Shown: positions 52,553-62,367, counted from the first letter of the stretch. The stretch is 64,000 nt of DNA from an uncultured Ruminococcus sp. (GCA_902796915.1 CADBQS010000064.1:12591-76590); one strand, 5' to 3'. The notes: generated by a model not told the origin, from the letters alone. Made by a program: numbers and translations.

Positions 52553-54043
52553 GTGGCAGAAAATATGAATACAGAACATCAAGAGATGAATGAACTTTTA
52601 AAAATACGTAGGGATAAATTATCTAATTTACAAAAAGAAAATAGTGATCCATTTGAAATAACAACATATAATAGAGATGCGTTTGCTCAGAAAATTAAGG
52701 ACAATTTTGAGGAATATGAGGGCAAAGACGTAAATGTAGCAGGAAGAGTTATGAGCTGGAGAGATATGGGAAAAGCTTCATTTATGGATGTAAGTGATGT
52801 AAGTGGGAAAATCCAAATTTACATAAAGCAAGATGATGTTGGAGAGGATACATATAAATCGCTTTCCGATTGGGATATAGGAGACATAATAGGAGTAAAA
52901 GGTTTTGTATTTAAAACAAGGAGAGGAGAAGTGTCTGTGCATGCTAAAGAGTTGACTTTACTATCTAAATCTCTTTTACCTCTCCCAGAAAAGTTCCACG
53001 GCTTAAAAGATACAGATTTACGTTATCGCCAAAGATATGTAGATTTGATTATGAATCCAGAAGTAAAAGATACTTTTGTAAAGCGTAGTAAGATTATAAA
53101 GGTGATAAGAAATTATCTTGATAATTTGGGCTACACAGAAGTGGAAACCCCAGTGTTGAACACAATAGCTGGAGGAGCGGCAGCAAGACCGTTTATAACT
53201 CACCATAATACGCTTAATTTAGATTTATATTTAAGAATAGCTCCGGAATTATATCTAAAGAGGCTTATAGTTGGTGGTATGGAAAAGGTTTATGAAATAG
53301 GAAGATTATTTAGAAATGAGGGTATGTCTGTAAAGCATAATCCTGAATTTACAACAATAGAGCTTTACGAGGCATATACTGATTATAATGGAATGATGAA
53401 AATAACAGAGGATATAATAAATGAATGTGCAAAAGCAGTATGCGGAGAAGAAGTTATAGAATATCAAGGGGAGAAAATTAATCTTTCTAAGCCGTTTAAG
53501 CGTATGACGATGATAGAGGCGGTAAAAGAGTATACTGGAGAGGATTTCGGTAGTTTTATAGGAGATACTCAAAAAGCTCAAGAGGCGGCGAAGCGTATAG
53601 GAATAAGTCCAAATGAAAATGATACGTGGGGTAATATATTAAACTTAGCATTTGAAGAAAAGGTAGAAGAAAATTTAGTACAACCTACTTTTATATATGA
53701 TTATCCAGTAGAAATTTCACCCCTTACAAAACGTAAAAAAGATATTCCACAGTTAGTAGAACGCTTTGAGTTGTTTATAGTTCGTAGAGAATTAGCTAAT
53801 GCTTACTCTGAACTTAATGACCCAATTGACCAAAGAGAAAGATTCAGACATCAGATGGAATTGAGAGAAGCAGGCGATGATGAAGCTAATATGATAGATG
53901 AAGATTTTGTTACATCGCTTGAGTACGGTATGGCACCTACAGGTGGAATGGGAATGGGGATAGATAGGCTTGTAATGCTGTTAACGGATAGTGCATCTAT
54001 AAGGGATGTAATAATATTCCCGACAATGAAGCCAAAGGATTAA
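52553..54043 (+). CDS. lysS: Lysine--tRNA ligase (class II)
   Basis: OB-fold N-domain, [10 protein letters not shown], class II motifs FRNEGMS..HNPEFT and [14 protein letters not shown] start. Confidence 0.96.
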   Translation: MAENMNTEHQEMNELLKIRRDKLSNLQKENSDPFEITTYNRDAFAQKIKDNFEEYEGKDVNVAGRVMSWRDMGKASFMDVSDVSGKIQIYIKQDDVGEDTYKSLSDWDIGDIIGVKGFVFKTRRGEVSVHAKELTLLSKSLLPLPEKFHGLKDTDLRYRQRYVDLIMNPEVKDTFVKRSKIIKVIRNYLDNLGYTEVETPVLNTIAGGAAARPFITHHNTLNLDLYLRIAPELYLKRLIVGGMEKVYEIGRLFRNEGMSVKHNPEFTTIELYEAYTDYNGMMKITEDIINECAKAVCGEEVIEYQGEKINLSKPFKRMTMIEAVKEYTGEDFGSFIGDTQKAQEAAKRIGISPNENDTWGNILNLAFEEKVEENLVQPTFIYDYPVEISPLTKRKKDIPQLVERFELFIVRRELANAYSELNDPIDQRERFRHQMELREAGDDEANMIDEDFVTSLEYGMAPTGGMGMGIDRLVMLLTDSASIRDVIIFPTMKPKD

Positions 54044-54067
54044 ATATTAATATAAAAGAGGACTTAG

Positions 54068-55915
54068 ATGCTTGGTAAGAAATTAGAAAAGATATTGTTA
54101 AAAGTACAGAAACCTGCTAGATACGTAGGTGGAGAAATAAATAGCGTAGTTAAAAATATAGATGAGATAAACGTAAGATTTGCATTTTGCTTTCCAGATG
54201 TTTATGAAGTTGGGATGTCTCATCTTGGAATGAAGATATTATATAGTCAATTAAACGAAGAACATGATGTTTGGTGTGAACGGGTATTTGCACCTTGGCC
54301 AGACATGGAAGAGCAGATGAGAAATAACAATATAGAACTTTATGGACTTGAAAGTGGTAACTCAATAAAAAATTTTGATTTTATTGGGTTTACTCTTCAA
54401 TATGAATTGAGTTTTACCAACGTATTAAATATGTTGGAGTTGGCTGGAATACCAATTCTTTCTAGTGATAGAAAAGAATTAAATCAAATTGTTGTTGCGG
54501 GTGGCCCATGTGTATGTAATCCTGAACCTATGGCAGATTTTATAGATATATTTTTTATAGGCGAGGGAGAAGAAGTAGATTTAGAAGTAATAAATTTATA
54601 CAAAAAATGTAAGAAAAATAATGAGAGTAGAGAGGAATTTTTACTTCAGGCTTCGAAGATAGAAGGAGTATACGTTCCCAAATTTTATGATGTTGATTAT
54701 AATGATGATGGTACGATAAAAAGCTTTAAAGCTAAAAATTTAGATGTACCATCAAAAATAAAAAAGAGAATAATGATTGACATGAATAAATCTTATTTTC
54801 CGAAAAGTTTTGTTGTACCTTCAATAGGAATCGTGCACGATAGAGCAGTAGCAGAGATATTTAGAGGTTGTACGAGAGGATGTAGGTTCTGTCAGGCAGG
54901 TTTTATATATAGGCCCAACAGAGAAAAATCTATTGAAACAATAAATGAACAGTGTAAAAATCTGTGCGAGAGTACGGGATATGATGAAATATCATTATCT
55001 TCATTAAGTTCAAGTGATTATAGTAAATTATATGATTTATTAGATAAACTCAAATGTTGGACAGAAAATGAGATGACAAGTGTGTCACTTCCATCATTAA
55101 GAGTAGATGGCTTTTCTGATGAATTAACATCTAGATTAAAAAGTATAAGAAAAGGCGGGCTAACATTTGCCCCTGAAGCCGGAACGCAAAGAATGAGAGA
55201 TGTAATAAATAAAAATGTTACAGAAGAAGAGTTGATAAAAACATGTGAATTTGCATTTAAGGGCGGATGGACAAGCATAAAGCTTTACTTTATGATAGGT
55301 TTACCTACTGAAACAATGGATGACGTAAAGGGAATAGTAGAGTTAGGACAAAAAGTAGTGAATACATATTATAAAGATGGGAATAAAACTAAAGGTAAAT
55401 CTGTGAACGTAACAATAGGAGTTTCATCGTTTGTTCCTAAGCCTTTTACGCCTTTCCAATGGGAGCCTCAAGATAAAATAGAGGTTTTGAAAGAAAAACA
55501 AAAAACTATGATAGATAATTTAAAGAGTAAAAAGATAAAATTAAATTGGCATGATGCAGAAACAAGCTTTTTGGAGGCAGTTTTTGCTAGGGGGGACCGT
55601 AAACTTTGTAAAGTATTAAAATTAGCTCAAGAAAATGGAATAAAGTTTGATGGTTGGTCAGATTATTTTAGCTTTGAAAAATGGATGAGTATATTTGAGG
55701 AATGTGGTATTAATCCCGAATTTTATGCAAATAGAAGAAGAAACCTTGAGGAGATTTTGCCTTGGGACCACATAGATTATGGAATAAGTAAGAGTTTCTT
55801 AGAAAGAGAATATTTACTATCTTGTAAGAATCAAACAACACCAAATTGTAAAGAAAAGTGTTCTAATTGTGGAGCTGCTTGTTTTAAGGGAGGTATATGC
55901 TTTGAGAAACGTTAG
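54068..55915 (+). CDS. Radical SAM protein with N-terminal B12-binding-like domain (TIGR03960-type, function unknown)
   Basis: CxxxCxxC cluster motif EIFRGCTRGCRFCQAG. At 615 aa, its architecture and its partner gene match the uncharacterised rSAM family that is often fused to TIGR03936. Confidence 0.85.
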   Translation: MLGKKLEKILLKVQKPARYVGGEINSVVKNIDEINVRFAFCFPDVYEVGMSHLGMKILYSQLNEEHDVWCERVFAPWPDMEEQMRNNNIELYGLESGNSIKNFDFIGFTLQYELSFTNVLNMLELAGIPILSSDRKELNQIVVAGGPCVCNPEPMADFIDIFFIGEGEEVDLEVINLYKKCKKNNESREEFLLQASKIEGVYVPKFYDVDYNDDGTIKSFKAKNLDVPSKIKKRIMIDMNKSYFPKSFVVPSIGIVHDRAVAEIFRGCTRGCRFCQAGFIYRPNREKSIETINEQCKNLCESTGYDEISLSSLSSSDYSKLYDLLDKLKCWTENEMTSVSLPSLRVDGFSDELTSRLKSIRKGGLTFAPEAGTQRMRDVINKNVTEEELIKTCEFAFKGGWTSIKLYFMIGLPTETMDDVKGIVELGQKVVNTYYKDGNKTKGKSVNVTIGVSSFVPKPFTPFQWEPQDKIEVLKEKQKTMIDNLKSKKIKLNWHDAETSFLEAVFARGDRKLCKVLKLAQENGIKFDGWSDYFSFEKWMSIFEECGINPEFYANRRRNLEEILPWDHIDYGISKSFLEREYLLSCKNQTTPNCKEKCSNCGAACFKGGICFEKR

Positions 55916-56558
55916 AGTAAAATTTACAAAAGACGGAAAATCAAGATATATATCTCATCTTGACTTAAATAGATGTATGTTAAGAGCAGTACATAAAAGC
56001 AAGATACCTGTATGGTATACGGAAGGTTTTAATCCTCATCCATTTATTACATTTGCATTACCACTTTCACTAGGAGTTAGAGGTAAGTGTGAGTTTATGG
56101 ATATGAAAATAGTTGAAGAAATATCTAATGATGATATAAAGTATAAATTGAATGAATGCCTTCCTGATGGTATAAATATAGTTAATATTAATGAACCAAT
56201 TATGAAATTATCGGATATATGCTATGCAGATTTTAATATAAGAATATATGGTAATAATATTGATACTAATAAAATTTTTGAAGAGCTTAACGAATTGTTA
56301 AATAAAAAAGAAATAATAGTAGAAAAAAAGACTAAATCTGGTATTAAGAATATTAACTTTAAAGAATATATTAATCGATATAACGTATTAACTAATGACG
56401 ATTATGTAAATTTAGATATTACGTTATGTGCAGGGAATAATTCTAACGTAAATCCTAATTTATTATTGAATTTGCTTATTGATACTGTTAAAGATGATTT
56501 ATACACAGATATATCCAGAATAAAATTATATGATAAAGATATGCTTGAATTTGAATAG
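55902..56558 (+). CDS. Radical SAM-linked protein (TIGR03936/DUF2344-type)
   Basis: VRVKFTKDGKSRYISHLDLNRCMLRAVHKSKIPVWYTEGFNPHP is the characteristic N-terminus. TTG 55902 follows a GGGAGG SD and overlaps the upstream gene by 14 nt. Confidence 0.8.
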   Translation: MRNVRVKFTKDGKSRYISHLDLNRCMLRAVHKSKIPVWYTEGFNPHPFITFALPLSLGVRGKCEFMDMKIVEEISNDDIKYKLNECLPDGINIVNINEPIMKLSDICYADFNIRIYGNNIDTNKIFEELNELLNKKEIIVEKKTKSGIKNINFKEYINRYNVLTNDDYVNLDITLCAGNNSNVNPNLLLNLLIDTVKDDLYTDISRIKLYDKDMLEFE

Positions 56559-56623
56559 ATTTTAAATTTAAGTTATGTTATTTTGTGCTTTTTGATGAAT
56601 GTTTTATATTGATATCAAAATTA

Positions 56624-56652
56624 TTGAAAATTAAAAACAACTTTGCTATAAT
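56624..56652 (+). promoter_or_regulatory. Promoter candidate for the Gly-rich secreted protein gene
   Basis: TTGAAA, 17-nt spacer, TATAAT. Confidence 0.5.
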
Positions 56653-56684
56653 ATAAATGTAATAAAGCAAAAAGGAGATTTTAC

Positions 56685-57695
56685 ATGAAAATTTATCAAA
56701 GAATATTATCTGGATGTTTAATTGCAGCAGGAATGTTCTCATCCCCATTAGTAGGATTTTCGAATAATAATGTTAGTGCTTATGACGTTAGCATTGATAG
56801 AGATACTATTGATGTTAAATCATCAGATGAATTAATGATTGCAGTAGAAAATGCAAAAGATGGAGATTATATAGTTCTTTGTAATGATATTGTGCTAAAT
56901 AGAGATATAGAAATAAAATCATCTATTACATTAGATTTAAATTCTTATAGTATTGACGTAGGAAAAGATGCACAGCAATTAATTTGTGGTAAAAAGAAAT
57001 TTGACCACGTAGAAGATTATAAAGTTAATCATCCTCCTGAGGTAAAAAATGTGAGTAAAGATGTTTGGGTAGATGGAGATTGGTATGTTGATGGCGATGG
57101 TGTAAGAAAATATCGTAGTGGTCATTATAAGACAGTTTGGGAGAAAGTGGTAGTGCCAGCATGGACTGAGCATTGTCAGAGAAATGTTTACAATTATTAC
57201 GACGATGTAACTATTAAGATTAAAAATGGTATGATAAGTAAATTCTCAAATGATTTACAACCTAAAAAAGAAGATGATAAATATGATTCTTTCGAAGATA
57301 CATGCGGAAAAGATGGAAAAACTTATAAAGAGCCATTGAGAGTAATATCTGGTACAGTTGCTTTAGATAATGTAAATATACTTGGTTGTGATGGCCAAAA
57401 CGGTCAGGACGGAGGATATCAAAAGTTATGGCACGTTCTGCTATTTGGAGGTGGACATGGCGGTAATGGTGGCGATGGTGGTAATGGCTCATATGCTATA
57501 TTCATAGAAAGAAAAGAAGCAAAAGTTGTTGCTAATAAAAGATGTATTATAAAAGGTGGAAACGCAGGAAAAGGTGGAAAAGGAAGTAAAGCCAATCCTA
57601 ATTATTTGGTTTTTTCTGGAAGTGATGGGGAAAATGGCGAAGATGGAAAAAGCCAAGTAGCATGTAATAATCCAGATAGATTGTTGTATATTTAA
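56685..57695 (+). CDS. Secreted hypothetical protein with Gly/Asn/Asp-rich C-terminal repeats
   Basis: Sec signal peptide (MKIYQRILSGCLIAAGMFSSPLVGFSNNNVSA) and an AAAGGAG SD. The C-terminal part contains GQNGQDGG, GGGHGGNGGDGGNG, GGNAGKGGKGSK and GSDGENGEDGKS. Confidence 0.75.
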   Translation: MKIYQRILSGCLIAAGMFSSPLVGFSNNNVSAYDVSIDRDTIDVKSSDELMIAVENAKDGDYIVLCNDIVLNRDIEIKSSITLDLNSYSIDVGKDAQQLICGKKKFDHVEDYKVNHPPEVKNVSKDVWVDGDWYVDGDGVRKYRSGHYKTVWEKVVVPAWTEHCQRNVYNYYDDVTIKIKNGMISKFSNDLQPKKEDDKYDSFEDTCGKDGKTYKEPLRVISGTVALDNVNILGCDGQNGQDGGYQKLWHVLLFGGGHGGNGGDGGNGSYAIFIERKEAKVVANKRCIIKGGNAGKGGKGSKANPNYLVFSGSDGENGEDGKSQVACNNPDRLLYI

Positions 57696-57696
57696 T

Positions 57697-57954
57697 TTAA
57701 TTAAAAATAATATTTGAAATTATAATCATAGTGCTTATGCCTGGGATACCTGCTATTGCAGATACTCCCAGGCTAAATATATTTATGGGTATTAGTTGTG
57801 AGTAATATATATTTATAGCTATAAGAGATATAACACCAGCTAAAGATGATTTTAATATGTTATAAATTGGATGAGTTGAACGTAGGATGTGTTGAATTAT
57901 CCAAAATAAAGAAAAAACAGCTAGTATAATCAGTAAAGATTTATAAATGTGCAT
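57697..57954 (-). CDS. bofA: Pro-sigma-K processing inhibitor BofA
   Basis: 85-aa two-TM protein. The C-terminal SAIAGIPGISTMIII matches the BofA signature (B. subtilis ..ISGILGIPGIAALVVI..). It lies next to a yaaL-like gene, as in Bacillus. Confidence 0.8.
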   Translation of the reverse strand: MHIYKSLLIILAVFSLFWIIQHILRSTHPIYNILKSSLAGVISLIAINIYYSQLIPINIFSLGVSAIAGIPGISTMIIISNIIFN

Positions 57955-57971
57955 TAATGCTTACACTCCCT

Positions 57972-58247
57972 TTATATACTAAATATATTTTCTGGAGTTA
58001 TTTCTATATACACATTATTTTCTCTTGCTTTACTTACTAAATATCTATATTTTGATTGTAAAACCTCTCTTTGATGTATACATGCTTCAATTAAATCGTT
58101 ATCGCATTCCATTTGAAACCAAAGTTCAGTTTGAGCGATTTGCCTGCATACATCATGTATTTCATTAATAAGTTTATTGTTATATTCAGTATTTGCTTTA
58201 TTTGATAATTTTTCTGATTTTTTAAATAATTTTCGCATATCTACCAT
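57972..58247 (-). CDS. yaaL: YaaL-like protein (DUF2508)
   Basis: Small helical protein directly upstream of bofA, which is the conserved yaaL-bofA pairing. ATG 58247 follows a GAAGGAGGA SD. Confidence 0.6.
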   Translation of the reverse strand: MVDMRKLFKKSEKLSNKANTEYNNKLINEIHDVCRQIAQTELWFQMECDNDLIEACIHQREVLQSKYRYLVSKARENNVYIEITPENIFSI

Positions 58248-58347
58248 TTTAAAAGCGTCCTCCTTCAAATTTGAAAAAAGTATTATAAAAATTTCTATGC
58301 TTATATAATGGGTAAATATTACAATTAATATTCAATTATTATGAAAT

Positions 58348-60459
58348 TTATAATTCATCTACAGGTTCAAATTCAATCGAGCCAGAAGCTACATCAGCTG
58401 ACGTAACTCTTACTTTGATATTATTTCCTATTGATAATTTTTTACCGGATAGTAAATCTGTGTGGCAAGTAAGTCCGTCAAAGGAAAATTTACAATTTTT
58501 ATAGTGATAAAGGTCTAAAAATCCCTCTATGCTATTCTTTAACTCTACAAATATTCCCTTTGAATTTACTCCACTAATAATTCCATCAAAGATTTCGCCA
58601 ATACAATGACCAATAAATTCAGCCATATAACATTTTTCAGCATCTCTTTCAGCTTTCATAGCTCTTATTTCGCATATTGAAGATTGCTTAGCTGCATCTT
58701 CTGTAAAATCTGAATATTTTTTAGAAATATTATTTATGTTATATCCCAAAACTAAATCGCTGAGTATTCTGTGTATACATGTGTCTGGATACCTTCTAAT
58801 AGGAGATGTAAAATGGCAATAATCCTCTAAAGCTAATCCAAAATGACCGATTGGTTCAGAATCATATCTTGCTTTAGCCATAGTTCTTAATATTTGATGT
58901 GAAATAATTTTATGCTTAGGAGTGCCAATAGTTTGATTTAGTAGAGACGATAAATCTGCTTGGGATAATCCATTTTTCATTCTATGGCATTTTAATCCCA
59001 AAGCGTTAGCTAATTGATTTAATGTGCGTAACTTTAAAGGATTGGGTTCCTCATGTACTCTATATATAAAAGGAATTAATGCACTTTTAGCGTATAATGC
59101 AGCAGCTTGATTTGCTATAATCATAAAATTTTCTATTATTTTTTCTGCTTCACCTTGTACTCTAGGTTTAACATCAATACATATTCCATTAGAGTCTAAA
59201 AAGAATCTGGATTCTCCACTTTCTATATCCATAACACCTCGTTTTTTAGCATTTTGGGTCATTAAATCAGATAATTTTTTGGCTTCTAAAATTATGTCTA
59301 AAACTTTTTCATACTTTTTATTAATATATGGGTTAGAATTATTAGATATTATATCGTTAATTTCTGAATACACGCCCCTAACTTTAGAATTAATAATACT
59401 TTTTCTGAATTCATACGATAATAACTTACCTTTATTATCTATTTTCATAATAGCAGAGAAAGTTAATTTATCTTCGTTGGCATTAAGAGAGCATATACCA
59501 TTGGATATTTCTTTAGGAAGCATAGGTATAACTCTGTCAGCAAAATAAACTGAAGTGCCTCGATTGAATGCTTCTTTATCTAAATTAGAGTTAGCACGTA
59601 TATAATGCGAAACATCTGCTATATGAACCCCTAATATCCAACCATTTTCTCCATCACGTTTTAATGATATAGCATCATCTAAATCCTTTGCATCTTCTCC
59701 ATCTATAGTAAATATTAATTCATGACGTAAATCTAATCTAGATTTTAAATCTGAATCATCTATTGAAATAGATGATATTTTTTTAGCTTCATTGATAACC
59801 TTTTCAGGAAAAATACTTGGTATACTATAAGAATCTATAATTGCATCAGAGCATATGCGAGCACTGGTTGATTTACCGTATATTTTAACTATCTTAGCCC
59901 CTAAAAAACTTCTCTGAGGACTTGAACTTAAAACAGCTTTAACCTTATCTCCATTACGTGCACCCATAGTATATCCTTTTAAAATAGGGATATTAAACCT
60001 AAATGCATCATCTGGAATGATTTCATATTTGTGATTTATTCTTAATACAGTTCCCGTTAAAGTTCGTGAGCCTTTTTTTAATATTCTTTCCACTACGCCG
60101 TTAAGCCCTCTTGGCGAATTTCTGATTTTGTGTATTAAAACTAAATCACCTAATACAGCATTTTTTAAGTCTTTTGACGATATATATATATCATTTGAAT
60201 CTTCGATTGAAGAAGCAAATGCGAAAGACTTAGATTGTGATATTATTTTAGCAGGAATTCTTCCAAATAATTTTGAAGATATAACTTTACCTTTTTTAGT
60301 AATAAAAATTTTACCTTCACTTTCAAGATTATATATTGATTTAAGGAATTGTTCTTTATTTTCTAATTTTAATATTTCAAATATAGATTTTGGTAACATA
60401 GCAACAGGGCTATTTTCAATAGTATTTAAGATTTTATTCTCGATTGATTTACTCATCAT
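58348..60459 (-). CDS. rnr: Ribonuclease R
   Basis: RNB catalytic blocks DGEDAKDLDDAISL and HIADVSHY, cold-shock-like N-domains and a C-terminal S1 domain (FDGIISGVNSKGIFVEL). Confidence 0.94.
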   Translation of the reverse strand: MMSKSIENKILNTIENSPVAMLPKSIFEILKLENKEQFLKSIYNLESEGKIFITKKGKVISSKLFGRIPAKIISQSKSFAFASSIEDSNDIYISSKDLKNAVLGDLVLIHKIRNSPRGLNGVVERILKKGSRTLTGTVLRINHKYEIIPDDAFRFNIPILKGYTMGARNGDKVKAVLSSSPQRSFLGAKIVKIYGKSTSARICSDAIIDSYSIPSIFPEKVINEAKKISSISIDDSDLKSRLDLRHELIFTIDGEDAKDLDDAISLKRDGENGWILGVHIADVSHYIRANSNLDKEAFNRGTSVYFADRVIPMLPKEISNGICSLNANEDKLTFSAIMKIDNKGKLLSYEFRKSIINSKVRGVYSEINDIISNNSNPYINKKYEKVLDIILEAKKLSDLMTQNAKKRGVMDIESGESRFFLDSNGICIDVKPRVQGEAEKIIENFMIIANQAAALYAKSALIPFIYRVHEEPNPLKLRTLNQLANALGLKCHRMKNGLSQADLSSLLNQTIGTPKHKIISHQILRTMAKARYDSEPIGHFGLALEDYCHFTSPIRRYPDTCIHRILSDLVLGYNINNISKKYSDFTEDAAKQSSICEIRAMKAERDAEKCYMAEFIGHCIGEIFDGIISGVNSKGIFVELKNSIEGFLDLYHYKNCKFSFDGLTCHTDLLSGKKLSIGNNIKVRVTSADVASGSIEFEPVDEL

Positions 60460-60556
60460 ATCATCCTCCAAATTTTAGGGGGTATATTAAATATAATGTA
60501 AAAATATAAAACCTGTGCTTTATACACAGGTAAAATTTAAAAATGTCAAATATAAA

Positions 60557-60817
60557 TTATGCCCCGAACAGTTTAAAAAACATCACAGCATTTATTATAA
60601 TTACTGCTAAAAAGAAACCAATTGCGATAAATTTCGTCCAACGTTCAAGAAAAGAATCAATAGAACGAGATTTATTCTTAGTTAAAAATGTATCATTACC
60701 TCCACCAGTAATAGTTCCCATGTTCTGTTGATGTCCTTCTTGGAAAAGAACAACAAGAACAATGGATAATGAAAAAAGAATAAGTATAATACCAAAAGTA
60801 ATTTCAATAGGACTCAA
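60557..60817 (-). CDS. secG: Preprotein translocase subunit SecG
   Basis: Two TM helices flanking a Gly-rich loop (LFQEGHQQNMGTITGGGNDTF). TTG 60817 follows a GGGAGGTG SD. secG-rnr order is conserved. Confidence 0.8.
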   Translation of the reverse strand: MSPIEITFGIILILFSLSIVLVVLFQEGHQQNMGTITGGGNDTFLTKNKSRSIDSFLERWTKFIAIGFFLAVIIINAVMFFKLFGA

Positions 60818-60889
60818 AATAAAACACCTCCCAAATAACTTAAAATATTTTATCATAAATCGAATATAGTTTCAATAACATATATTTAT

Positions 60890-61189
60890 TTAATTGTTTA
60901 AAGCACGCTCTAACCATACATTTGCAATATCAATAGCGGAATAGAAAGTAGATTTTTCACTAGATTTTATAATTTTCTTTTTGGTACTTATTTCAGGATC
61001 AGTTTCTATTAATTGCACAATAGCTTTATTGCACATTTCTAAATCGTGTTGCTTTTCTGAACTTTTAATCTCGATTTTAACAACAAACTTATCGTTCATA
61101 TCTCCGTAATATAAAATATTACCACACCTTACCAAGGGTTTACCCCTATAAAGCAGAAATGGACTTGAAATTTTTTTCACATTACTCAT
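60890..61189 (-). CDS. Hypothetical protein (about 99 aa)
   Basis: ORF upstream of secG on the same strand, with a GAGGAG SD before ATG 61189. No motif recognised. Confidence 0.55.
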   Translation of the reverse strand: MSNVKKISSPFLLYRGKPLVRCGNILYYGDMNDKFVVKIEIKSSEKQHDLEMCNKAIVQLIETDPEISTKKKIIKSSEKSTFYSAIDIANVWLERALNN

Positions 61190-61550
61190 TAAATAAATTC
61201 TCCTCATAAAAATATTATATATAATAAAATTACTTAGATAATTATATCATTAAATTTAAGTATATACAATAATTATGTTTTGCAATTACTGAGAAAACTT
61301 TGATAAGTCTAAAAAATTTTAGATTATAATTTATTATTTTCTTTTGAAATAAAATTATTGCCTGTTTATTAGACGTTTTTTCAAAATGAGTAACAAATTT
61401 ATTTGTTTAATTACATATTTTAATAATTGTTGTGAATATATTACTTAATTAGGATTCTAAGAGGTTTACTGATTCCATATTAACTTTATTATAGATTTTC
61501 TGTTATTTTTTATGTATGGTAAATACATTTTATAAATTTTTAAAAGGGAG

Positions 61551-61579
61551 TTGACATATAATAATAAATGGTATATAAT
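61551..61579 (+). promoter_or_regulatory. Consensus sigma-A promoter candidate driving the tRNA-like leader and zinc-ribbon gene
   Basis: Perfect TTGACA, 17-nt spacer, TATAAT. Confidence 0.55.
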
Positions 61580-61597
61580 AAAACAAGTTTTAGTTAA

Positions 61598-61667
61598 GCC
61601 CAAGTAGCTTAGTGTAGTAGAGCGTTGTTTAAATTCAGAGGTGTCGGTGCAAACCCGTCCTGGGGCA
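61598..61667 (+). other. Degenerate tRNA-like element (tRNA relic or structured leader), not a functional tRNA as far as I can fold it
   Basis: GCCCAAG/CTGGGGC acceptor-like stem (one mismatch), a GCTT-AGTGTAGTA-GAGC D-arm and a GTCGG-TGCAAAC-CCGTC T-arm-like hairpin. The anticodon stem does not pair and U33 and the TTC of the T-loop are absent. Confidence 0.3.
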
Positions 61668-61695
61668 AAAAATAATCCAAAGCGAGGTAAAGCAA

Positions 61696-62016
61696 ATGTA
61701 CGAAGACAAAACCCTTACTTGCAAAGAATGTGGCAAAGAATTTGTGTTTACAGCAGGTGAACAAGAATTCTATGCGGAGAAAGGCTTTGAAAATGAGCCT
61801 CAGAGATGCAAGGAATGCCGTGAAGCACGTAAGAATGCAAACAGAGTGGAACGTAAGCTATTTACAGCAACATGTGCATCATGTGGAGGAGAAGCAAAAG
61901 TTCCTTTTGAACCACGTGAAGACCGTCCAGTTTATTGCAGCACGTGTTTTGCAAAGATGAAAGAAGAACAAGAAGGTTCATCTCAATCAAATGTTTCTAG
62001 CGATTCAGTTATGTAA
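61696..62016 (+). CDS. Zinc-ribbon protein with CxxC-x17-CxxC domain
   Basis: CKECGKEF..RCKECR followed by CASCGGEAKVPFEPREDRPVYCSTC (exactly 17 residues between the CxxC pairs). GAGGTAA SD. Confidence 0.85.
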   Translation: MYEDKTLTCKECGKEFVFTAGEQEFYAEKGFENEPQRCKECREARKNANRVERKLFTATCASCGGEAKVPFEPREDRPVYCSTCFAKMKEEQEGSSQSNVSSDSVM

Positions 62017-62052
62017 ATATGTAATTTGAGTTGTGAAAGTAAAATTATTTTG

Positions 62053-62082
62053 AGCATCATAGTTGACTATGGTGCTTTTTTA
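62053..62082 (+). terminator. Rho-independent terminator after the zinc-ribbon gene
   Basis: Stem AGCATCATA / TATGGTGCT (one G-U pair) followed by T5. Confidence 0.7.
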
Positions 62083-62128
62083 TATTAAAATATTATATGA
62101 ATATAATTTATAAGGAGTATTTAATTAA

Positions 62129-62353
62129 ATGAATAAGGTAACGAAAGACACTATTATTGAAGACGTATTAGATATAGATGAAACAACATCAGAAATATTT
62201 TTAGATATTGGTATGCATTGTTTGGGTTGTCCATCAGCTAGAGCAGAAACAATAGCGGAAGCATGTGAAGTTCATGGAATAGATGTGGATGTTTTGCTAG
62301 AAGAAATAAATGAATATATTGAATTAAATCAAAAGGAAATTGAAGAAAATTAA
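62129..62353 (+). CDS. DUF1858 / hybrid-cluster-protein-associated redox disulfide domain protein
   Basis: 74 aa with the central GMHCLGCPSARAETIAEACEVHGIDVD block typical of this domain. Confidence 0.8.
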   Translation: MNKVTKDTIIEDVLDIDETTSEIFLDIGMHCLGCPSARAETIAEACEVHGIDVDVLLEEINEYIELNQKEIEEN

Positions 62354-62367
62354 TATAGATAAAATTG

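Noticed and set aside
61598-61667. Possibility that this is a genuine tRNA gene.
   Set aside because: The anticodon stem cannot be paired in any register I tried. U33 and the T-loop TTC are absent, and the acceptor and T stems each carry a mismatch. It is reported only as a tRNA-like relic.
61640-61667. Resemblance of CCGTCCTGGGGCA to the 3' CCGCCTGGGCA box of the ZTP (pfl) riboswitch.
   Set aside because: The 5' ZTP half (GGGTCGTGACTGGCG-like) is missing, and the downstream gene is not a purine or folate gene.
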